This document shows, one piece after another, positions 58,179-64,000 of a stretch of 64,000 nt of DNA. The DNA is taken from the NCBI GenBank assembly GCA_036504095.1, contig DASXVS010000032.1, forward strand, positions 18,690-82,689, written 5' to 3'. Position 1 is the stretch's first letter. Each line of letters begins with the position of its first letter. A program made the position numbers and the translations under genes. The stretch is from Armatimonadota bacterium (GTDB lineage: Bacteria > Armatimonadota > DTGP01 > JAKQQT01). The notes below the pieces were generated by a model. That model did no database searches, was not told the DNA's origin, and saw only the letters and a list, made by a program, of their open reading frames with translations.

Positions 58179-61100
58179 TAAACGGACACGCCAACCTGCT
58201 GGAGAAAGCACATCAATCGCCGGGGCGCTTGCGCTTGCGCTGGGCCGGCGCCGGCGCGCCTCCGGAAAGCTTCCTCGACGGGGTCCGCTCGGCGGAGGGC
58301 GTCCAACTGGTAGAGTATCGCGAGACAAGCCGAAGCCTTGTCGTACATTGCGCCGTGGGCTTCGACGATGCCGTCCTCCGGGATATCGCCGTCGAGCACG
58401 GCTTGCTGGTAGGCGAACCAACGCCGCCGCAGCCCGTTCACGTGAGGATTCCGAATCCCGACAACGGTGGCGCTCGCCGCCCCGGCCATTCGAACCCTTC
58501 GTCCACGCTTCACGCCTCTGAAGCCGTGCATGTGGAACTCATCCACGCCGCCGTCCCCGGCCGCGCCCGCTTCCGCATCCAATGGCTACGCCGCCGGCCC
58601 AAGGCGGCCGCACGGCTTGGCGAAGGGCTCGTATCCGTGCACGGCGTTCGCGAGGTTCAAGTTAACACGGCCCTGTGCACCGTGCTGATTGAGTTTGATC
58701 CGGTTGAACAGACCATCCGCACGCTGGTGCGGGCCATGGGAGAGCTCCTCGACGAGCCCGTGGACCTGGTGATTGCGCCGGGCCAAACCCTTGCGCCGGG
58801 ATGGGACCGATCGTCGCCGCGCCGCGCTGGAAGGGCGAGGCGCCGCCCGCCGCGGGAGACATACCAGTGGGCCGCCGCCGCCTCTGTTCCGGATGTGCTG
58901 CTCGAGATGGACGTGCGCGGGCAGACCGGGCTTGCTCCCGAGGAAGCCGCACGGCGCCTGGCGGCCCAGGCGAATAACGCCCTGGATATCGGCAGGCGGC
59001 GGCCATCCGGCGAGATACTCAAGGAGCAGTTCATATCGGTCCCGACGGTGCTGCTGGGCGGCGCGGCGGGCCTCGCTGCCGCCACCGGTTTCGCGGCGGA
59101 TGCGCTGGCGATCGGGGCCGTGCTCTTGATCAACGGCATCATCGGCTACGTTACGGAGCGTTACGCCGAAGGCGCGATCGAGGCTCTCCGCAAACTCGGA
59201 TTCCCGCAGGCGCATGTCGTCCGCAACGGCGAGCGTAAGGTGGTGCCTGCCACTGGGTTGGCGCCGGGGGACATCATTCGTCTGCGGGCCGGCTTCATCG
59301 TTCCCGCGGACGCGCGGCTGATTGAGGGCCATGTGCTCGTCAACGAGGCAATGCTCACCGGCGAAGGCGAGCCAGTGGCTAAGCACAGCCATACGACTGC
59401 GCCGCCGAAGCACGTCCACGAGTTTCAGAACGTTGTGTTCCAGGGAACGTCCGTGATTGACGGCCGCGGGCGGGCGGTGGTCCTGGCTACCGGAAAAGAC
59501 ACGGAGCTGGGGCGGATTCAGGGGATGGTGCAGGAGGCTGTAACGCCACGGACGCACCTGCAGGACGAACTCGATCGTTTGGGCAAAGTGCTCTCCATCG
59601 GCGCCATGGGGGTTTCTTTCGGCCTCCTGGCAATCGCCCTGCTGCGCCGGCTGCCACCCTTCCAGACGATCCAGACCGTTATCTCGCTTGCGGTCTCGGC
59701 GGTTCCGGAAGGTCTTCCGGCAACCGCAACAACGGCGCTGGCCGTCGGCATGAGCCGCATGCTCCGGCGGAAGGCGATCATCAGAAGGCTGCCCGCCGTC
59801 GAGTCTCTTGGCAGCGTCACGGTCCTGTGCGTCGACAAGACCGGCACGATCACGCTGAATCGTATGACCGCGTCGTGCTACTGGTGGGAAGACTGCGTCT
59901 TCCGCTACCGCAATGGGGACGCTGCCGGTGAGTTTTCGCTGGACGGCCATCGCGTAGACCCGCAATCGCAAACGCCATTGGATGCGATGCTGCGGGTCGG
60001 CGTCCTCTGCAATGAGGCCAAACTGTGGAACGCTCCGGACGGGGTCAAGGTCAGCGGCAGCTCTACCGAGGGCGCGCTTCTGCTGGCCGCGCATGCGGCG
60101 GGGTACTGGTATAAGGACCTGCGCTCATCGTATCCGCTCGCACTTGCGCCGCGCCGCGAGCCCGGGCAAACGCGTATGACGAGCGTGCACAAGGACCCGC
60201 AAGGCCGGTTGCTGGTTGCTGTAAAGGGAGCGCCCGAGTCGGTACTCGCCCTTTGCACCCACAAAATGGATAGTTCCGGGGCGCCGGTTCCCCTTTCGCC
60301 GGACGACAGGGACCGATACCGAGCCGCGAACCGCAGCATGGCGGAAAATGGCCTCCGTGTCCTGGCCTTCGCTCAAGGCGGCCTGCCCGCCGACGCGTCT
60401 CCGGATGCAGAACCGCGTGACCTTGTCTGGCTCGGTCTCGTGGGCCTGGAGGATCCGATCCGCCCCGGGGTCATCGAAGCCATCCAGCGCAGCCGCGCGG
60501 CAGGCATCCGAACCATCATCCTGACCGGCGACCAGCGCGGGACTGCACTGTCGGTGGCGCGCAGCCTGGGCCTCACCGAGGGCAGGCAAGCCGTGATGGA
60601 AGCGCACGAACTGGAGACCATGTCCGCGGAGGAGATCACCGCCGCCGTTGGGCGCGTCGCGGCATTCGCGCGCGTGTCTCCCGCGGACAAGCTGCGGATA
60701 GTCCGAGCGCTTCAGGCCAGCGGGCACATAGTTGCGATGACGGGAGACGGCATCAACGACGGCCCGGCGTTGAAAGCCGCGGACATTGGGATCGCCATGG
60801 GCGAAGGCAGCAGCGACGTCGCAAAGGAACTGGCCGACGTCGTGCTAACCCAGAACGATTTCGGTTCGATCCTGGCAGCGATTGAACAAGGCCGGGCCAT
60901 CTTCGTCAACATCCGCCGCGCCTTGAGCTACCTTGTCGCGTCCAACGTTTCGGAGCTTATTGTCGCAGCGGTGGCCCTGCTGGTCGGCATCCCGTTCCCG
61001 TTCGTCCCGATCCAGATTCTCTGGATGAACCTGATTTCGGATGTCTTCCCGGCGCTGGCCCTCGTCCTGGAACCGACGGACAAGGATGTGATGCGCCAGC

Positions 61101-61573
61101 CCCCGCGTGCCCCGGGTACGCCGCTCATCGGGCGGCACGAGGGGAAACGATTGATGCAGGACGCGGGCGTCCTGGCTGCCTGCACACTCTCGGCTTTCCT
61201 CGCCGCCGCGAGTATCCACGGTTATGGCATCGCCGCCACAACGACGGCTTTCGCCGCTGTGACCATCGGAGAGGCTTTATATGCAGCGGTCTGGAGCGCG
61301 TCGTCGGAGAAAGACAACATCCGCCGGCACGGCGCCCTCTGGGGCACCATCGGCGCGACCGTGGCCCTTCAAATCGGCGTCAACCACTTCGGCCCATCGC
61401 AGCGCCTGTTGCATGTGGCGCCGCTCGGACTGGTGGATTACGCGATCGCAGCCGTTGCCGCTGTTTTGCCGACCGTCTGGGGGCTCGGCCGGTCGCGCGG
61501 GATTACGCTGCCCGTACTGCGCCATCAGGACGCCTGGGCGGCGCATAAGCCAAGCCTGGGCTGGGAGGCGTAA
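58175..61573 (+). CDS. P2-type (Ca2+-ATPase-like) cation-transporting P-type ATPase with an unusual ~300-aa N-terminal extension carrying two HMA-like PGR[LA]R domains.
   Basis: [41 protein letters not shown]4 [10 protein letters not shown] and TM6 [19 protein letters not shown] are SERCA/PMCA-like. The N-terminus has SPGRLRLRW and [11 protein letters not shown] domains. The probable GTG start overlaps the DUF1232 stop (GTGA). Confidence 0.85.
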   Translation: MINGHANLLEKAHQSPGRLRLRWAGAGAPPESFLDGVRSAEGVQLVEYRETSRSLVVHCAVGFDDAVLRDIAVEHGLLVGEPTPPQPVHVRIPNPDNGGARRPGHSNPSSTLHASEAVHVELIHAAVPGRARFRIQWLRRRPKAAARLGEGLVSVHGVREVQVNTALCTVLIEFDPVEQTIRTLVRAMGELLDEPVDLVIAPGQTLAPGWDRSSPRRAGRARRRPPRETYQWAAAASVPDVLLEMDVRGQTGLAPEEAARRLAAQANNALDIGRRRPSGEILKEQFISVPTVLLGGAAGLAAATGFAADALAIGAVLLINGIIGYVTERYAEGAIEALRKLGFPQAHVVRNGERKVVPATGLAPGDIIRLRAGFIVPADARLIEGHVLVNEAMLTGEGEPVAKHSHTTAPPKHVHEFQNVVFQGTSVIDGRGRAVVLATGKDTELGRIQGMVQEAVTPRTHLQDELDRLGKVLSIGAMGVSFGLLAIALLRRLPPFQTIQTVISLAVSAVPEGLPATATTALAVGMSRMLRRKAIIRRLPAVESLGSVTVLCVDKTGTITLNRMTASCYWWEDCVFRYRNGDAAGEFSLDGHRVDPQSQTPLDAMLRVGVLCNEAKLWNAPDGVKVSGSSTEGALLLAAHAAGYWYKDLRSSYPLALAPRREPGQTRMTSVHKDPQGRLLVAVKGAPESVLALCTHKMDSSGAPVPLSPDDRDRYRAANRSMAENGLRVLAFAQGGLPADASPDAEPRDLVWLGLVGLEDPIRPGVIEAIQRSRAAGIRTIILTGDQRGTALSVARSLGLTEGRQAVMEAHELETMSAEEITAAVGRVAAFARVSPADKLRIVRALQASGHIVAMTGDGINDGPALKAADIGIAMGEGSSDVAKELADVVLTQNDFGSILAAIEQGRAIFVNIRRALSYLVASNVSELIVAAVALLVGIPFPFVPIQILWMNLISDVFPALALVLEPTDKDVMRQPPRAPGTPLIGRHEGKRLMQDAGVLAACTLSAFLAAASIHGYGIAATTTAFAAVTIGEALYAAVWSASSEKDNIRRHGALWGTIGATVALQIGVNHFGPSQRLLHVAPLGLVDYAIAAVAAVLPTVWGLGRSRGITLPVLRHQDAWAAHKPSLGWEA

Positions 61574-61578
61574 GGGCG

Positions 61579-62148
61579 CTACTCGCCCTCGGTCAACACG
61601 GCCAGTTCTTCCAGGAGCGCGTCGTCTTCCGGCGCATTGGGCTCGGTTTCATCGCGGAACATGAAGATCGTCTGCACGGAATGGTAGAAGGCCGTGTACC
61701 AAGGCAGGGCTGCCACGTCGGGGTTGATCGCCAACTGCCGCATTCCAACGAACATGAAAAGCCAGGGCAGGGTGGAGCGGAGGTCAACCTTTCCGGAAGA
61801 GGCGCCGGCCAGCCGATGGTCCGCGTGCGTCCAGAACCGCCGAACAGCGTGGATCATCTCGGCGCCGACAGGCATCTCCGGCGGACGGGCCGCGTGCGGT
61901 CGGCGCCGAACGTGAGCGTGCCGCCGCAGCGATTCCACAAAATGGTGGGGCGATGTCTCTTCGAGGCTGTACTGAAAGACGACCGACCCGGTCATCGCTC
62001 GTATGGAGACACCTTCAATCCCGGGAAGCACATCGGCCATCGAAGCGATACTCTCCGCCAACGATGGGTTACCCTTCAGCCCCACACATTGGAGCCGGAT
62101 CCGCCCGGGAACTTCGTGTTCGACTATCAGCGAAATGAGGTCGGGCAT
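61579..62148 (-). CDS. HMA-like domain protein (fourth PGRIRL-motif paralog) with a hydrophobic C-terminal region.
   Basis: LIVEHEVPGRIRLQCVGL...VSIRAMTGSVVFQY shares the motif with 57168 and the ATPase N-terminus. Confidence 0.5.
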   Translation of the reverse strand: MPDLISLIVEHEVPGRIRLQCVGLKGNPSLAESIASMADVLPGIEGVSIRAMTGSVVFQYSLEETSPHHFVESLRRHAHVRRRPHAARPPEMPVGAEMIHAVRRFWTHADHRLAGASSGKVDLRSTLPWLFMFVGMRQLAINPDVAALPWYTAFYHSVQTIFMFRDETEPNAPEDDALLEELAVLTEGE

Positions 62149-62272
62149 GGTAGTTGTCCGTAGATAATACGTTGGGGCATAGAGTTGCCCCGATCAGTCG
62201 CCGCGGGTTGCCGGCGCGCGAATACGGGTCGTGAACGCGAACCGCGCCCACGACCCGATGCCGGAAGAACTC

Positions 62273-62644
62273 TCACGCCGGTTCGGTGTGCAGTTCCTCC
62301 GGAGTTTCCTCTTTCGCCTTGATGAACCGGCCTTTGACGCGCGGCCGGCGGGCTGCAGGCTTCGGGGCGGGCTCGGGTTCCAGCGTCATCATTTCGGCGC
62401 CGTTGTCGCCCTGCTCATGCTCGGCCTTAGCCTCCGCCACCAGGTCCTGCCACTGCTCACCCGTCTCGGCAAACCATTCGCGAGCCTTCTCCGTGGCCGT
62501 GAAGTATCCCTTCACCGCCTTCTTGGCTGCCGGGCGCAGATGCTTGGCGACAGCCGGAACCGCCGGCGCCAGGATCACGCCGCCGATGAGCAGCCCCAAC
62601 CACCCTTTTCCTTCGAGGCGCTCTCCAACTTCTTCCAATGCCAT
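62273..62644 (-). CDS. Small membrane protein of unknown function.
   Basis: Start MALEEVG preceded by GGAGGAAAACA. One TM helix (GWLGLLIGGVILAPAVPAVA) and a charged C-terminal tail. Confidence 0.45.
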   Translation of the reverse strand: MALEEVGERLEGKGWLGLLIGGVILAPAVPAVAKHLRPAAKKAVKGYFTATEKAREWFAETGEQWQDLVAEAKAEHEQGDNGAEMMTLEPEPAPKPAARRPRVKGRFIKAKEETPEELHTEPA

Positions 62645-62910
62645 TGTTTTCCTCCAGTTCAGATCATCGCGCCCGCGGGTACGCCCGCAAGCTTCGGACA
62701 TCGTAATAGCCATCATAGCCGCGCGCGTAAAAAGATGACCTTAAGGTTCGCCGGGTTCGCTTCGGCAGGTCGCAGTAGCGCCATGTCTTCGTGATCGCGC
62801 CCTCGTCGCGCAGTGGGCGCACCGTACAGTTGCAGGCCGGCAAATCGGACCGCCGGTAACGCCGGGTGAGCTTCGCAGGGGCCAGGATGACGAATCTTTG
62901 TCCTCGTCAG

Positions 62911-62962
62911 CTATAAAGTATATAGTATCAGGAATAGGGTATGGTTCGCTATCCGATACTTT
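62911..62962. promoter_or_regulatory. AT-rich island with direct and inverted AGTAT repeats upstream of the E2-like operon.
   Basis: ctatAAAGTATatAGTATCagg ... ccGATACTTTc. AAAGTAT and ATACTTT are reverse complements, and there are two direct AGTAT copies. GC content here is far below the ~65% window average. The island lies ~165-210 bp upstream of ATG 63124. Confidence 0.4.
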
Positions 62963-63123
62963 CAATTTCCCCTGGGACATACGGACCCTTGACGCAGGAA
63001 GCGTGAGACCGGGACCGCCGTGTGTTTCTGACGCGATGGCGTCGCCTCCTGAGTGAGGTCCGGACATCACGATGAATGGCCGTCCGTTCGTAGACGGTCC
63101 GCTTAGCACGGGGCGACGAGTAT

Positions 63124-63645
63124 ATGAGCATCGACGCAAGGATGCGGCGCCTTCAGGCGGATTTCCAGCGGCTGCTGGAGCTATCGCGCCGCAGTCCGTC
63201 CATAGCAGTACGGCCGCTCAACACTGTGCCGGACCGTTACGAGGTGACGTTCCGCTGTCGCGGTCTCGTATGGCCGCCCGGTGATCCGGCGCCCTCAATT
63301 ACGACCGTGCACCGCATGGAGATATACCTCCACCTGGACTACCCGCGCCTGCCCCCGCGCCTCCTGTGGCTCACCCCCATCTTTCACCCGAATATCCTCC
63401 CACCGGACCACAACGGCGGCGTCTGCATCGGCCAATGGACTCCGTCGGAAACGTTGGACCAGCTATTGCTTCGTATCAGCGAGATGGTTCAGTACCGTAA
63501 TTACAGCGCCGCGGACGCACTGGATACCCGCGCGGCCCAGTGGGCGGAGCAGAACCGCGCCATGCTGCCTGTGGACCTCACGCCACTAATCCCGCCGGAG
63601 ACGAACGACCTGGACCTGGGCAACATTCCGGGAGGTCCGACATGA
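63124..63645 (+). CDS. Ubiquitin-conjugating enzyme (UBC) E2-like protein with the catalytic Cys in an HPN motif.
   Basis: Alignable to canonical E2s over the whole fold. Helix 1 RRLQADFQRLLE. The beta-sheet ends in HLDYPRLPPRLLWLTPIFHPNILPPDHNGGVCIGQW (E2 consensus FP.DYPF.PP.V.F.T.I.HPNI...G.ICLDIL). Then TPSETLDQLLLRISEMV, as in SPA.TI..VLLSI..LL. Confidence 0.8.
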   Translation: MSIDARMRRLQADFQRLLELSRRSPSIAVRPLNTVPDRYEVTFRCRGLVWPPGDPAPSITTVHRMEIYLHLDYPRLPPRLLWLTPIFHPNILPPDHNGGVCIGQWTPSETLDQLLLRISEMVQYRNYSAADALDTRAAQWAEQNRAMLPVDLTPLIPPETNDLDLGNIPGGPT

Positions 63646-64000
63646 ATCGAGGGCGCTCTCTCCTGCTGATCGTTACGGCGCTTTACTCTCTGCCTGCCTG
63701 CGCCGAAAGGCGCGATGTCGTGTCGAACGCACCGCGATTCGTCCGCGGCCAGATATACATCCAGACGGATGCCGCGCTCAAGACCGCAGACTGTGGGGGA
63801 CCGCTGCTGAATGAGCGGGCGGATGTTATTGGCATTCGCACATTTGTCAATACGAATGGGGAAAGGATGGGGTTCGCCGTTCCCATCAATGCGGCATATC
63901 CCATGCTGCGGCACGCCGGAATCGATCTCTCCGGCGCTTCGGCAAGTCGCGCCGCCGGTCCGGCGCCGGCGCTAGAACACGGAACACGCTCGCAATGGGT
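63642..64000 (+). CDS. 3'-partial gene: hydrophobic N-terminus followed by the C-terminal beta-barrel half of a trypsin/HtrA-like fold, with Cys replacing the nucleophilic Ser.
   Basis: ATG 63642 overlaps the E2 stop (ATGA). MNRGRSLLLIVTALYSLPACA is signal- or lipobox-like. YIQTDAALKTADCGGPLLNERADVIGIRTF...GFAVPI aligns with HtrA IQTDAAINPGNSGGPL...IGIN...GFAIP, with the Ser position now Cys. No His/Asp half is present. The frame has no upstream extension. Confidence 0.5.
   Translation, partial: MNRGRSLLLIVTALYSLPACAERRDVVSNAPRFVRGQIYIQTDAALKTADCGGPLLNERADVIGIRTFVNTNGERMGFAVPINAAYPMLRHAGIDLSGASASRAAGPAPALEHGTRSQW

Noticed and set aside
62741-63139. 132-aa minus-strand ORF upstream of the E2-like gene
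   Set aside because: It spans the AT-rich divergent promoter region and the 5' end of the E2 gene. It has no motifs and is probably non-coding.
63642-64000. Calling the last gene a complete HtrA/DegP-type serine protease
   Set aside because: Only the C-terminal barrel motif set is present. The His/Asp-bearing N-terminal barrel is absent, and Ser is replaced by Cys. I therefore report it as a partial or variant domain, not a protease.
1-64000. CRISPR arrays, tRNA/rRNA genes, IS elements or prophage
   Set aside because: I saw no regularly spaced direct repeats with unique spacers. No cloverleaf-type tRNA candidates were apparent. There were no transposase or integrase motifs. The tail-fibre-like genes are not embedded among phage structural genes.

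Overview
High-GC (~65%) bacterial chromosomal window, with the gene content of a Planctomycetota/Armatimonadota-type genome. That placement rests on a prepilin-type DUF1559 protein, a YVTN propeller, a choice-of-anchor-Q beta-helix protein and many dockerin-like tags. I saw no rRNA, tRNA, CRISPR array or transposase.

Roughly 45 protein-coding genes can be supported:
- a secreted CAZyme block: an AraR-like regulator, a GH116-like hydrolase, a DUF642-dockerin-GH76-like protein and a pro-less S53 peptidase;
- a glycan-biosynthesis locus on the minus strand: GT4, two paralogous GT-B-like genes, a DUF1559 prepilin-like protein, a large repeat protein, a DegT aminotransferase, a fused GH-A/GT2 membrane synthase and an ABC exporter;
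- two paralogous tail-fibre-like secreted proteins, one carrying a peptidase-S74 intramolecular-chaperone C-terminus;
- a 991-aa secreted protein of unknown function, and a 1132-aa parallel beta-helix protein with DQRG motifs;
- a nitric oxide block: quinol-dependent NO reductase (qNOR) with a divergent NorW-like FAD reductase, an Mrp-like protein with a deviant Walker A, and NDH-2;
- egtB-egtD (ergothioneine) coupled to an SDR, next to an OpuC-type ABC transporter and a porin;
- a coupled pair made of a P-loop protein and a zincin-like/CapA-like fusion;
- a cluster with four copies of an HMA-like PGR[IL]R domain, DUF1232 and a P2-type ATPase;
- at the window edge, a bona fide UBC-fold E2-like gene coupled by an ATGA overlap to a half-trypsin domain with Cys in the serine position.

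Many adjacent genes are joined by 4-nt ATGA/GTGA/TTGA start-stop overlaps. Most long ORFs in the six-frame track are Arg/Pro/Gly-rich shadow frames of real genes and were ignored. All functional calls come from motif recognition by eye; no database search was run.
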